Shown: positions 1 to 13,502 of the stretch, in pieces
How positions within the stretch are numbered: the first letter of the stretch is position 1
Layout: each line of letters begins with the position of its first letter
NCBI GenBank assembly: GCA_964016885.1
Contig: OZ024742.1
Coordinates: forward strand, 171,492,001-171,556,000
Source: Eledone cirrhosa
Lineage: Eukaryota
Direction: 5' to 3'
Length of the DNA: 64,000 nucleotides
The notes under the pieces: model-generated
Told to the model about the DNA's origin: nothing
Database searches by the model: none
The model's input: the letters and a program-made list of their open reading frames with translations, nothing else
Position numbers and translations under genes: made by a program

Positions 1-1320
1 CGATCAGAATATTAAACTTAGCACTACTGGACATTGCTGAGTTTTTGAGTATCAGTTATTTGGAGGCCATGGGTCTAGCGTAGTGTGAGTGGAGAATTTG
101 GGCTCTCTCGTCTATAGTGTTAATCCAGAGTGCTGTGTCTAATACAGGCAGTCTATTGTTAGGGTGTTTGGAAGGGTAGTCGATAGTTACAGTTATACTC
201 TGGTGTATGGAATTAGCTATCTGCTATATTGCTTTCCATTGCGCTACGTTCTAAATCAAACTTGTTAGTACTCTCTTGTGGGGATGTCCTTATTACTATA
301 TTAATGTCGTCTACGTGACGGGAGTAAATGATGAGGTCTATGGAGCTCTCATCAAGGAGATCTTTGAGTCTCCTTTCCCACCATACCATAAAGAGGTTGG
401 CAACGTCACCAGCTATGCTGACGCCAATGGCTGCTCCCTCATTTTGGGTGTAGATCTTCTCGTTGAATTTGAATATGTGGCCCTTTAGGGTATATTTGAT
501 ACTAGCCCCTATTGCATGTGCGACCATTTTTCTTACCTGATCATTGTTTTAGGGGTCTGTATAGCTTTGGTCCACCCAATCTACCTTCCCATGGGAGTTC
601 TTTTTGCCATTGAGGTTATGGGAGGGGGGATCTAGCTCTTATGTGTACTGGGACAGAAACGTCTAAGGTCATGGCTGTCTACGTAGTCAGTGTCATAGGT
701 AAGTCTAAGTAGGAGGCCCAGTTCGTCTGTGTCGACGTCGCAGAACTCCACCTCACTCTCAATGATCATCTCCACACATTTTTCCACAGCAAAATCAATG
801 TTAATGGATGGGTACAATGATACGACATCCATACTGCCTATTATGCAGTTGGATAGGTTTTTGTTTTTGTCGCACTCACTGATTCTGCTGAGGAGGTCCT
901 CTGTACTGTCACATACATCTGGGGACATCTTGATTATGGGGCGTATAACCATTGAGAGGAAGTAAGAGATCCTGTAGTTGCTAGCTATATTGGCTCCGCA
1001 TACAGGTCTTGTTGGTTGTCCTGTTGTCGGGTCATCGACTGTCTTATGGTCTTTGCGGAGCCCATACAAGTTTGGTATGCTATTGTTAGACGCCTGGAAG
1101 TTGTTGGCAGTGCGTCTGCTTGGCTTTAGAATGTAGGTCCACATCATCATGTGAGCGTTGAGGATTTTCTCTCTCGCCTCATGTATTTGCTGTGCAATCT
1201 CGCTCGTGTTGGTGATGTGGGGTTGCATAGCCTTGATGTAGTTCGGCATGCTGTCTATTGACATCCTACCAGACTTATCCGTGAGTAGACATACTACCTC
1301 ACCATCCCTTGTGTGCTTCT
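1..1320 (-). mobile_element. Penelope-like retroelement reverse transcriptase, decayed (frameshift/stops), 5'-truncated, runs off window edge
   Basis: ORF 632-1366 has TDKSG, LYGLRKDHK, TRPVC and SMDVVSLYPSI. ORF 213-527 has FKFNEKIYTQNEGAAIG...ANLFM...YSRHVDD. The downstream minus strand reads TIDYPSKHPNNRLPVLD and HYARPMASK*LILKNSA. These are PLE RT motifs in the correct order. Confidence 0.9.
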
Positions 1321-1446
1321 TGAGGCTATGTATGTCTACCCAGGGATAAGTCTGGTAGCATGTCAATAGACAGCATGCCGAAATACATCAAGGCTATGCA
1401 TCGCCACATCACCAACACGAGCGAAATTGCATAGCAAATACATGGG
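1179..1446. repeat. Inverted duplication (fold-back) at the 5' truncation point of the PLE, arms of about 115 bp
   Basis: About 1179-1294 (catgtatttgct...gtagacatac) is the reverse complement of about 1330-1446 (gtatgtctac...gcaaatacatg), with scattered mismatches. Confidence 0.9.
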
Positions 1447-2310
1447 TTCACATATATATTGACCTGTATCAATCGTTTCTCTCGGTGGCCTGAAGCCATA
1501 CTCCTAGTGGACATAACAGCCGGGTCCGTTGCCCGAGCTTTCATTTCCAATTGGGTTGCTCTGTTTGGTGTTCCTTCTAAAATAACCACGGATCGCGGAT
1601 GACAGTTCGAAGCTTCCTTATTTCGTGAAATATCCCGACTTTTGGGTGCTCATCACATACATACAACCAGCTATCACCCAGCCTCCAACAGAATGGTGGA
1701 GAGGTTTCACAGACAGTTGAAAGCTGCACTACGCGCTACTCCTGATCCGCAACGTTGGACCGAATATTTGCCAATCGTACTTCTTGTTTGTCGTTCTGCC
1801 GTTAAGACAGATTTGGGTTTCTCCTCAGCTGAACTTCTTTATGGTACCACCTTGACTCTTCCCAGTCAAATGCTAGCAGCGGTTGATTCATCGCATCTTG
1901 ACACCAGGATTATTTCTTACTTCTCGGATCTTCCACCAATGAACCCTCATGACCAGTCTATTTCTTCTGCTGTACCATCGGATATCTCTACGTGGACACA
2001 CACTTTTATACGGAATGATTCCGTCAAGGGACCGCTTAAATCACCCTATAATGGACCCTTTCGTGTGCGTTCGCACGCACCAGAACATTTCACAGTGGCT
2101 GTTAATGGTCGAAAAGTGACAATATACATTGACAGAGCAAAGAGCGCTTTCTCTGAAAGTCTCATTACAATGTCTGATACACCTCGTACATACACTCCCA
2201 TACCAACACCTTCACCTCCACCGCAAACACCACATACCACACAACCTTATGTCACATGAGGTGGGAGAACAGTGAAATGGCCACGTAAACTGTCAAAAAC
2301 TATATACATA
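1444..2310 (+). mobile_element. Gypsy/Ty3 LTR retrotransposon integrase fragment (pseudogenised)
   Basis: Reads FTYILTCINRFSRWPEA...FGVPSKITTDRG*QFE...TTSYHPASNRMVERFHRQLKAAL...SAELLYG...LKSPYNGPFRV. This is an rve core plus GPY/F motif, with an in-frame stop. Confidence 0.92.
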
Positions 2311-2669
2311 TAACCCCTAGTGGAATTAACAAACCTTTTTTCAGTTTCGGATAGAATTAGTGTCGGAAAGGTCTGTACAATGATGATGTATGAACTATTT
2401 GATTTTGAAGAACCTTTGAACTTACCATTGAGCATTAATTTTTCTCTGCTCCTTTATGTTAACTTTGAATTATCAGTTTTGTTACATTTACATTTTCTCT
2501 TTGAAAATGCATTTACTTGTTTTGTGCTTTTGTGCTATTTGCTTCAGTTGCGAGCTCATGTTTTATTCATGCACTTTCTTGTACCTTTGCCTTGCTCCTC
2601 ATTTCTTACAGGTTCTCGCTACAATGACCTTCGGTTGGTTATTCGACTTCTCGTCTGAGAGGTGAGTCT

Positions 2670-2990
2670 TGTAACGCTCTCTAGACAAAGGGAAGTAGCT
2701 AGAGTTACTTCCCGTAGAATATCTAGAATATTCCTTGAACTTCCGTTCCAGAGATTATAAAAGAAAGAGCAAAGGACAATCTCTCTCTCTTTTACCAGCA
2801 GGCTCTAGAACTGACCACACCAAGCACAAATATGTTAAGCTTTTTCTAATCCTATCTTGTATCTCAGGATTACACCATATCATGGCACGAGGTATGTTTT
2901 ACTACCAAAATTGTAACAAGCACACTTCAATAAATACAAGTTATTATTGATACTCGTTTCTGAAATATTCGTCATGCTTCAATTATTACA
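2670..2990 (+). mobile_element. 3' LTR of the Gypsy element
   Basis: TGTAA...TTACA termini, purine-rich PPT-like gagaggtgag just upstream, TATAAAA near 2756 and AATAAA near 2929, located downstream of the integrase. Confidence 0.75.
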
Positions 2991-3120
2991 TCGTCATTTC
3001 TTTTACATCTTCTAAACAAATTAAATTAATGGCTGGCATGTAGAGGTGTTTACTGGAGTAGATAACCCTATGGCCAATTCACTAAATATATATACATATA
3101 TATATATATATATTTATATA

Positions 3121-3496
3121 TCCGTCAACGAGCGGAGGAACTCAGCAGTGTCAACGGCCATCCATTTTTAAGACTTGTTTATTTTCATTGTGGACCGAGA
3201 CTCCAAATCCTCAGTATGGCATCTCGCTAGGAGAATGTCACACTGATATTAAACTTGCAACTTCGTTTGAATCAAATGATCTCAATCAGTTCTTCTTTTT
3301 GAGCAAATGCATTCGATGTTCAGAGAGTAGGATTGCCTCCTTGCAAAGTCTTTTCTCATCTAAAAGAGCTTCAATCAAAGGCATCGCTTGGTATTTGACA
3401 TTTTCTGCGATGCATAGTATTGCTGGCCATAGGGAAGTCCCTAGCAGGACTAAAAAGCATCAAGCGATGGCATTACTCGAAATCGAGTTTCAGCTA

Positions 3497-3497
<1 letters not shown>
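3121..3497 (-). mobile_element. (TA)n-flanked PLE-like terminal fragment with hammerhead-like motifs
   Basis: TA tracts on both sides. The minus strand has GAAAC-TCGA-tt-TCGA-GTA near 3475-3491 and CTGAGGA...tgga/tcca...GAAA at 3183-3214. Between them is the peptide RLCKEAILLSEHRMHLLKKKN*L, which resembles a PLE C-terminus. Confidence 0.5.
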
Positions 3498-3812
<315 letters not shown>

Positions 3813-4552
3813 AGCTGATTGCACTCTTATTTAGAGCAAACACGTTGACACAAGCAGACAGGCATAGAGAGAAGTGATGACAAGTGAAGATATAATGATA
3901 GATATACTGATACAGATCAATATAGTCGTTCCTCTGTAATGCTGAATGTTGACACCATTGAACTTTGACCGTTTGATAAGCCTTTCCATCAGTGGAACAG
4001 CTGATTGACAATTAGAACATATGTCACATCACCTCTGACATTTCTCTCATTAATATCTATTCTGTTATGCATTCAAAAATAACAACAGCATTTTTTGAAT
4101 ATACAGCACGCTGATTTCTATGTACATAAGTACATACATACAATTTTAGCATGCTTTCCTGTCTATATCATTCACAGTAAATTCTCTAAGTAGTTGGCAA
4201 ATACTGAATTACACCGTAATATTTAATGATATCTTATTCTTTTATTTATCATTGTATCATTCTTTTATGTTTTTGCGTGCGTTCATGATGGAGTAAAACG
4301 TTGAAGCTATTTAGCTGATTAGATCAACTCTCGTGCATATATCTTAAAAATTCTGGATTTATTTTTTTACCGATTTATTTTCGTTGAACTGCTAAGTACG
4401 GTACATTAAAATAGTAATGTCATACACAGGCACAGAGATATACACAAATAAATCCATACATAAAAGCACCCCCCCACCCACACCCACAGACACACACACA
4501 CGCGCACACACACACGCACACACACACACACATACACATACACACACACACA

Positions 4553-4584
<32 letters not shown>

Positions 4585-6158
4585 TATATATGATTTGATA
4601 TTTTCCAATTACCTTTTGAAATATAAGATTCTAAAAGTTTGTGTCTAGAACTAACTGAAATATCAAAGCCTTACCTTTTAGTAAGGAGTCGATCCTCAGA
4701 GGAATCCAATGAGGCTATGTAACTGTTAGTGTTTCTGCTGCTGTTATTATCTGCCGGGTGAAACACATGGCAGAAGAAAGCGAGATTTGAACTCAGAATG
4801 CACAGATCCGAAACAGATACAGGACACACCTCCCACTTCACTGGCACCTTAAACATTTCGCCAATGCCTCTCGGATAAATGAAAGACTTTGCTGACCTCG
4901 GCAGGATTTGATCGCAGTCTGTAGAGCACCTGATCACCTAACGCAAATTATCCCACCCGACACTTTTACAATTTTACCAATCCATCACTCCGGGACTGGC
5001 ATTTTATTTATCAAGCCACATTCGTAAGGCAATGTTGGTTCCGGTAATATTTGAAAGTAGAAAAACGGAACAAATATCGATGTTACAACCATCCTATTAA
5101 ATGTCCGTTGAATAATTTCGGCAGTTTTCAACAGATATTTTTGTATACATAATCATCTACAGTCTGATACACACAGAAATTTCTAGATTCATGCTTCTTT
5201 ACTATTTATACGAGATGACTTCTAAAATACAGTGTATATTTGAAAATGTCATTATACCCATGCTATTTGGATGTTTCAAAGAAATCGATAAGGTGAAAAT
5301 TCTTTAAAAACAAGGAAACATATCAAAAATATAAAATATATATGAGTTCCACATGAAAAGAGATAATCCGGTCTTATCATATAGATAAATCTTTTTACTT
5401 AACTCTTAACATTTGTGTATATTTTGTTTGCGGAAGCATAAAACGAGACGAGGGATCTCTCTATTCATACATGCGGTGTGTAAAAAAAAAGTATAACGGA
5501 GTAACAAAAATCAGCATCCATGTTGAATCCTATTAAACGTAGATAAATCAATTTCAATGTAGGCGTTTAATGTTCGTTTTTACTTTTGATACAATTAAGA
5601 CTGTGGAAGCCATTTGGGGGAGAATTTATATTATCTGATCATTGATGCTCAACTAACACAGCTCTGACATAAGTATGGGATGAAAATACGATAGATTATA
5701 TCAAATGTGTATGTAAAGAACTAATGAAGGTTCTTACATATGGATGCGTATAACACCAAAATTACACATCTCAAACAACAAAAACACACTTACACATAAG
5801 TATTGCATGTAAGTTTGTATGTATGCCATATACACGGAAGCTTACATGTATGTGTGCATGTATGTATGTGTATAAACACACACATACGCACACACATATA
5901 TATGTAAATACATGTATGTGTGTATATTCATTATAATATACAGGGTGCGAACGATATTTGTCCTCCCAGCGCGGATTCCAAGAAGAAATCCGTGTCTCTT
6001 CCACAAATTTGGAGGTTCAGAATTATTCATAATCAGTTATCCTGAAAATAAATAATGGAAATATAGTCACTGTTTTTATGAAGACAAGAGTGACAACGGA
6101 TAGTAAAAAAAATTTGCATAAAAGTGTCGGCAACTAACCAACACATATTCAAATTTAT

Positions 6159-6190
<32 letters not shown>

Positions 6191-6585
6191 ACACACACAT
6201 ATATATATATAATAGTCATGCTCCTGCCTGCCAGTATTGTAAACAAGAACTGTTGAAAATTATCAACAATGCCAGTATGGGTTAAATAGCCTCACGAAAA
6301 CAAAATTGGGCAAGCGTGGTGTGTATGGTTACACCATGACATGGCCGAAACCAAACAAAAAGCGTGAGACTGTTACCAAGGAGGAGTTTCTCCAGCAAGA
6401 GAAGCCACAGGGATGGATTAGATTGCATATATATATTGCATATGTATACAAACACCTAAACATAGACACACACACATATATATGTATATTTCCCCCAAAA
6501 ATGACTTGCTGAACACACACGTACTTTCTCCCCAGAATAGCTTTTACTCTTCTCACTCTTCCCTCTGTATTCTCTTAGTGATCAT

Positions 6586-6626
6586 TCTATCTCCAGATGA
6601 AGGACTAGCGTCCGAAACCTATAGAT
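6586..6626 (+). ncRNA. Degenerate minimal hammerhead ribozyme motif
   Basis: CAGATGA-a-GGAC-tagc-GTCC-GAAAC. Stem II is perfect and the core has one substitution versus CTGATGA. Confidence 0.45.
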
Positions 6627-7487
6627 TGTTTTAAACTAATATATATCTTAATTGTACTGTATTCTTTGCTTTCTTGTTTTCCGTTGCCATTTTGAATCCC
6701 AGGTACAATACTTGGCCAGCCATGTCACACGTTCTCACACCTTGATTACCACTAGAATTACACTATGTGTTCGAGTGTATGTGGAATACTCAAGCCGTTA
6801 CATGTCCTTTTATTAGAGGCTGTTCAATTGATTGGAAAACAGGAACAATCACCCATGGTCGCAACTGACGGAGTTCCTTCCAACTCTATTTCTCGTAGCT
6901 CTTGGTAGCCAAATCTTATTAAAGAGATCTGCTATTTTGGTTCCTCTCATCTCTGTTAATAGATGGTTTAACTAAGTATGACACCTAGAAATAAATATGT
7001 ATTCTAGTATCGTGAATGATGGATCCTCTGTCAGTTTGAATAACGAGCATCCTGTGGAATGTCCAACTCGTGAATTAAAATGTAAATGTTGAGAATTCAA
7101 TAGACATTTGTAATTACCTAGACAAAACAGCATGACATAATTTATATGAAATCTTAATCACCGACTACCAATTTCAGTCAAATAGCCTTGGACAACGTGC
7201 TGTTATGGCAAAGATATGATGCAGTGAGATCGACCCCGGAACTTTATTATTGCGAATTAAACGTCTTTACTACTCAGCTCACTCAGTGTATGAATTGGGC
7301 AATGGATGCAGACGATATGTAAAAACTATTTGATCAATGTCATTGAGCATGAAACACAGACGTAAAATAAGAATAAATATACATTGTCAATAAAGTGAGT
7401 TGTACAATGATACATCTGTTCGGCGGGATAACGGTGTTCTACAAGGCATGTAATACAAATGTATAACACATACTGCATTGGTGTCGC

Positions 7488-7810
7488 AGCGTGGCCGATT
7501 AGTTGAAAAGCCACATTTGTTATCATAGAGTGTCGAGTTCGATCATATTCCGTAACATTTTTTTATAAATATCATTTAACTTTTGAGTAAAAGTGTGTAG
7601 ACGGGAATTGTTACAAAACTTATCGGTAGGACTGTATATATCATTTAAATAACTACCTGCATCACACATTGTGTCACGCTGAGTATCTACTAGAATTCTA
7701 TTTAAGGCACAAGTACATGTGGAATGCTCACTAACTTGCAGAATAATATGCTGAGAAAGCTATTCCGTTGACGGAAAAACCGGACCACCTATCATAAAAT
7801 CGAGAGACAA
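7488..7810 (+). mobile_element. Old tRNA-derived SINE, second family
   Basis: A-box-like tggccgattagtt and B-box-like gagttcgatc. The body is related to segments at about 14540-14870, 48370-48670, 53520-53770, 55180-55460 and 55595-55920. Confidence 0.5.
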
Positions 7811-8796
7811 CCATTTATTTACTAACATTTAAGGATATGGTAACATGTGGAGATACAGCCGAAAAGAAAAAAATCCAATCTCGTATCATTAAGAAGATTG
7901 CTGTGTAATTGTCTAGTTTCAGGTTTGATTCCACTACACAGCATTTTTGACAAGTGTTTCTTATTATAATCTAGAGCAGAGATTTTCAATACCCTTTTAC
8001 CATGACCCATAGTAAAAGCTGCTTTTGTATTGCGAGCCATTTATGTAGATGTTTGCATATTTTAGCAGAATTTTACTTCATATCGTGACTAGATTTATCC
8101 ATATTGCTATATACTAAGGAGGCCCGAGCCGCAGTTTGAACCCCTCAACTATAAGGTATAAGATTGGTGAGTGGAATTTGCTTGACTGAAAACAAGAAGA
8201 AACAGATTGCTTGAAATATAATGGTTATTGCTTGTTAGACCCAAGGAAATACTGAGTTTAACAAACCCTTCTTGGATCTTGGGTGATATGAATATACTGC
8301 CAGATTTATTGGTTTAAGCATAATTGATCAGGCATGGTTCGGTCCACTCTCCACTCCACACAAGTCTATGACACAGGAAAAAAAAACAAAACAAAAAAAA
8401 AAACACTTATATTAACAAAAATCATTTATTTTCCGCGTCGGCTTCTATATGGCCATTGTAATTTCATGCATAAAATTGAGAATGGAAATATCGAGCCTAT
8501 GTTGCATGAGAGTTAGAACAATCTGTCAGAAAGATGTGTATAAGACATCAGAACAACATGGAGATATAAAAACTACAGTGTGTTTCGACTATGACATCGA
8601 AGCGTATACATAAATAAATAATAATACAAATGGCAACGGTGCTGCCCTCCCCTTCAGAATAATTCAGACAAAATAATAAATAAAAAAGAAAGTAATACAA
8701 AAAACATGATGAGACCGGATCTATAGATATGTGATTCCAGGGATGGCATGACACTTGTCAAAACCATTCCTGCATGAAAAGACAGATGCCAGAACA

Positions 8797-8990
8797 ATGA
8801 CAATGATGATGTTGTTGGTGATTTTATTGATGTTAATGATGATGATGGTGATAGTTGTGGTGATGGTGATGAGAATGATGATGATAAGGGTGACATAGTT
8901 GGTGGTGATGATGATCTAAATAATATAGATGCTCATGATGAATTTAAAGTAATGGTTATTTTGGTGAGAATGGTGGTATTGATGATACTG
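8797..8990. repeat. Degenerate (GAT/GGT)n trinucleotide repeat
   Basis: Visible gatgat/ggtgat runs. Confidence 0.8.
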
Positions 8991-9694
8991 AAAAAGACAT
9001 ATATTCTGTTAACTGTCTGCAACGTGATACTGAAGAGATTTATTAACGAAAATTCATCTTGGAAACAGTATGACATTCTTGTCTGGTATGTTAATAATGA
9101 ATATAAGTGGCATCAAACTCTTACGTTTACCATTAATTTATGATTCCTTTCATCTGAAAATCAAACAAATATTTCTTTATTTTCCTCATAAACCTTGAAA
9201 TTATATATGAAATATTTTAGTAAAATATATCGTAAGAATCAGATGGGGAATTGGCGGAGTCGTTAGAGAGTCGGATTCGATTCTATCATATTTCTTCTGA
9301 TCGTTTGTCCTCTGAGCTGAAATCCCTTGGAGGTCAACTTTGTCTTTAATTCTTTAGCTGTTTATAAACACAGAACCATTACATGGGTGGTGCATTTGCG
9401 GACTTGTTAAAGAGTCAGTCAGGCTGCTTTGCGAAATAAGATGCGTTCCGCGTTCATATTGTTTCTCCTACGAGCAGATGCTACCTGCAGAAAATATCAG
9501 CAATAGAAAATATCAATACGGGGAATATCCACTGTTTATCATTTTGAAGTCATGTTTAGTTTCCTCTATATTTTATATTTGCTGTTATTAAGTGTTCAGC
9601 AATATTCAAACACATCTAAGAGAAACGACGTTCCAACTATGACTATCCCACCAGATAATTCAGACAGTATATCTAAGGCAACACACGCGGAAAA

Positions 9695-9842
9695 TTAGCA
9701 GAGTGGTTAGAACGTCGGGTGGAATGCTTAGCTACATTTGTGCCGACTCAGCGTTCTGAGTTCATGTCCCTCCGAGGTGAACTATGCATTTCATTCATTC
9801 GCGGTCGATAACAAATTACCAGCCCAGTACTGGGGTCGATTC
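9695..9842 (+). mobile_element. tRNA-derived SINE family A, diverged copy
   Basis: tagcagagtggtt...ctgagttcatgtcc...tttcattcattcgcggtcgata...ccag matches the family consensus. Confidence 0.65.
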
Positions 9843-10267
9843 TTCCAGTATATTTCTTTCTCATCCTCTCTATATCACTCCCACTCCTTCTTTGAAAGAA
9901 GTTAGCTTTGTTCAGACTTAGTGAGGAGATGCGTTACACCAGGTTTTAAAGTGTCCAAGAAATGCATTATGTCACTGCAGCACCCCAACAAATCTACCTG
10001 AGTTCAGGTACATATATACGTCTAAAGATACTTTTTCCAATGCATTAAACTTTTTATAATTCAGTAAGGTGTGAAATTGTTGCTGGCAGCTTTAAGAAGG
10101 ACTTCTACACCACCTCTGTCTAATAATATTCAAACACAAGGAATTCGTAAAAAAAAAAGGGAGGCTAAAGTAGAAGGAACTTACCCGATGTATCATATGT
10201 TTGCAAAGTGAATTCCTTCACCAAACAAACATTATAAAACCTATGATTTATAGAAGTTAATCTTGAT

Positions 10268-10405
10268 TAATAATTGTTTCTACGTTTGGCTCAAGGCCAG
10301 CAATTATCCCAGTGTATTACTGGCACTTTATTTTATCGACCCCGTAAGGATGAAAGGCAAAGTTAACCTCGGCGGAATTTGAACTCAGACCGTAAAGGGC
10401 CGTAA
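10268..10405 (-). mobile_element. tRNA-derived SINE family A, 5'-truncated
   Basis: Near-identical to the other copies (ttttatcgaccccgtaaggatgaaaggcaaagttaacctcggcggaatttgaactcag). Confidence 0.9.
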
Positions 10406-10540
10406 TACTTAATAACATTAGACACGTAGAGTTTGTTTTCAACCCGATGATAAAGAAACATGAATATATTCAGCCTGATCAGTCAAAATAATTCGCGAGC
10501 AGATATACGTACTTCCTCATCACTTTATGGGCCTCGCTTT

Positions 10541-10772
10541 TTAACCCTTTCCTTATATTTCTAATAAAAAAACATTACCCATGATTTTCAAATCATTTTG
10601 AAATAATCATGAACTTGAAGGGATTTTGTAATTTAACTCAATTTCTGTTTGGGACATAACTTAAGAAAGGTTCTTACTCAAAATTATGATGGAAGGTGTT
10701 TAGATAAATAAATGTTTTTTATTATCATAGAACCAATGTTTGTATTAGGTGAGTCGGTTTTAAAAGAGTTAA
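10541..10772. mobile_element. piggyBac-like MITE
   Basis: TTAA-CCCTTT...AAAGAG-TTAA termini (TTAA target site, CCC/GGG-type ends with one mismatch), non-coding interior. Confidence 0.5.
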
Positions 10773-11631
10773 GACTAAAGCTTCCACATCAACAAAACTA
10801 TGCTACTGGACTACTGGACTAAACATTCTTCTATACTCATAATTGATTTTGACGTATGGTGCATTAATAAATTATTGCACCATATTTCTTGTCAAACTTA
10901 CACCAACTGTAAACAACTACGGAATATCAATACATCATTTATAACCTCACGAGAGAATGCTTCGTTTTGGCTATATTTAATATGATGGTAGCCAAGTCCA
11001 TAATCACAAGATATTGATTGCCAGGAGGAAGAAGAAGCTTTCTTTCTCTCTATCTTGGGCTTTTAATCACAAAATTACTTTAAGATGCAGGACTCCATAT
11101 TCTTTCATATACAGAATTGATTAAGACATACACTTACAGATATCATGCAAATATAAACAGACTAGCTGTCGTATCCGGCCTTGCTCAGGTTTACATATTC
11201 CTAAAATCTCTGTAATGATTATTGTATTACATCTTTTTGTCCGTCTGTCACAAAAATGAAGTTCAAACATTTCATTCAGAATTCATAAAACAGAAATGTT
11301 GGTGAAAGAATGAATTAGGGAGGTCAACATTTCTAAATGCCCTAACATGCGTTCCTGTCAACGTTGTTGTCTCTATATCTCTAATCGATCTCCACCTGTC
11401 TATCACCCTCTATATATCTGTCTTTTTCCGTCTAAAACTCTGTTTTTTTTTATTTCTGTTTATCTATGTATGTATCTGTCTATGTGTCAGTCTGTCTCTA
11501 CCAGTCTATATATCTCTGTATAATCCATAAAAATAGCTTTGAGTAGGAAACGACTGCTAAATGTTAAAAATATCAAGGATATTCATGAATGTTGGTTTAT
11601 CTAGAATTGGTGAACCCAAACCATCTATAGG

Positions 11632-11745
11632 ATGGCTCAATATGGCTGGTTTAAGCTGGCTGGCTCAAGTTGACTGATATAAGTTCGATGACTCAAGCTG
11701 ACTCGCTCAAGTGTGTTGGCTCAAGTTGGCTGACACAAGTTGTCT
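11632..11745. repeat. Degenerate 14-bp minisatellite (ggctcaagttggct), about 8 units
   Basis: Repeated ggctcaag/gactcaag/gacacaag at about 14 bp spacing. Confidence 0.75.
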
Positions 11746-12789
11746 GTATTGATAGTAATAGGAAGAAATATATTGCAGTTTTTTTTTAAGACTCTCTACG
11801 TCCTGGTTTCAAATCCCAACCAAATAGACCGTGCGTTTTTTTTCTTTCGGCGAATCTTTAAAATAAGTATCAGTGAATTACTGTGGTCGGGATATTCGAT
11901 ATTCTTCACTTCTCAATTGTGGTAATTGTGCCTAAATTAGAAACCATCATCGAAAACATTCTACTAAATAAAATCCTTTTATAAAGCTTACTTTAGTATT
12001 TTTGGAAACATTAACTGTTGACGTAATTCAACAATGTCAGCTGCAGCTATAAAAAGGGGAGTGTAATATATTAGTTTTGTAATTTGAAGCTAAAAGAATA
12101 TAGTAAACAAAATGAAAAGTCACCTTATCGTGTAAAATATACCTTTGTGCAAAGTACTGTCAACTAAGGGCAAAATGGGGCCTAAGGTTTGGGGCATATC
12201 GAATACAGTCAAATTGTCTCGAAGGTTCTCTGTTGGTTTCGACGAAAAGTGTTCTAGTAGTTCAATCAAAGGAATCAACTGTTAACGAAATTAAAATGTA
12301 AATTTATGAGCATTGCACAGGTATGTACAGCCATAAAATAACTCTCAGTTAGAACAGCTTGTTCAAGAAATTACTGTGTAAATGGAAGAGCATGACAAAG
12401 ACACGTGCACACATAATATATTTATCATGTAGACACAGCGTGAGGCAGTGTAACAAAGCCAAAACAACCTGAGAATTATGTTAAGCGTAAACGAGCCTGT
12501 GAAATACTCAGCCACTTGCTATCACAATGAGACGATTCTGTGAATTGAACATAGTGGAAGCCGACGGAGGTCCATTCCATTGGTAATAAATAGAATAAAT
12601 AAAGAAATTTCAAAGAAAATTCTCTCAAACTATGGGAGATTTCGCAAAGGCAGGAGACATAAACAGAAGGAAAGGCAGCAGGTAAAAAAACGGGAAAAAA
12701 ATTCTGAAGATCTGAAGAATTATAAAAGGCTCCGGGAGACTGGCAATACGCAAATGGATAGATTTATGCAGATAACCCATTTACGTACG

Positions 12790-12830
<41 letters not shown>

Positions 12831-12833
<3 letters not shown>

Positions 12834-13440
12834 TATTAGGATTGGTGCTCTGAAATAGCGATGTATACATGAATGTATGTATAGTATATTTGGCAATATA
12901 CCGTATGTTTAATTAAAAACATTTTGAAGACCTTACGCTATCATTTTAAAAGTAGTAACTATGTCACTTATTTTTTTCGGCAAAATAAGGGGGAGAAGCT
13001 AACAGAGTCTGTTTCACACTGCTGGTGATCATCAGAGTACCGTACTCCCTTTGCCGAAAATTATAGAAGCTGGATTCTTATAGAATTCCAGTAATAATCA
13101 AGAGCTGATTATACAGAGCGATTGCCGGTCCAGCAAAAATTAGGTCTTCAAAATGTTTTAAATTAATCATACGGTATATTGCCAAATATACTACATATAC
13201 ATCGCTATTTCAGCGCACCTCTCCTAATACCTAATCTTTGCTGGACCGGCAATCGCTCTGTACGTTGCTCTGGTGATCACCAACAGTGTGAAACAGACTC
13301 TGTTAGCTTCTCTCCCTTCTTTTGCTGAAAAGGAGAAGTAACTGACATAGTAACTACTTTAAAAATGATAGCGCAAGGTCTTCAAAATGTTTTTAATTAA
13401 ACATACGGTATATTGCCAAATATACTATACATACATTCAT
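12831..13440. mobile_element. (TA)n-embedded inverted pair of a hammerhead-containing unit of about 235-245 nt
   Basis: The left arm 12831-13045 is the reverse complement of parts of 13143-13440. Direct repeat at 13143-13200 and 13377-13440. Hammerheads at 12998-13038 (-) and 13267-13307 (+). TA tracts at 12793-12830 and 13440-13501. Confidence 0.85.
12998..13038 (-). ncRNA. Minimal type I hammerhead ribozyme motif
   Basis: act-CTGATGA-t-CAC-cagca-GTG-t-GAAAC-agactct-GTT-agc. Stem III is near-palindromic (AACAGAcTCTGTT). The partner copy has stem I gct/agc. Confidence 0.7.
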
Positions 13441-13460
13441 ATATATATATATATATATAC

Positions 13461-13502
<42 letters not shown>

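Noticed and set aside
11160-11195. Helentron/DINE-like terminus (actagctg...ccggccttgctcagg)
   Set aside because: Matching other end not found, and the resemblance is from memory only.
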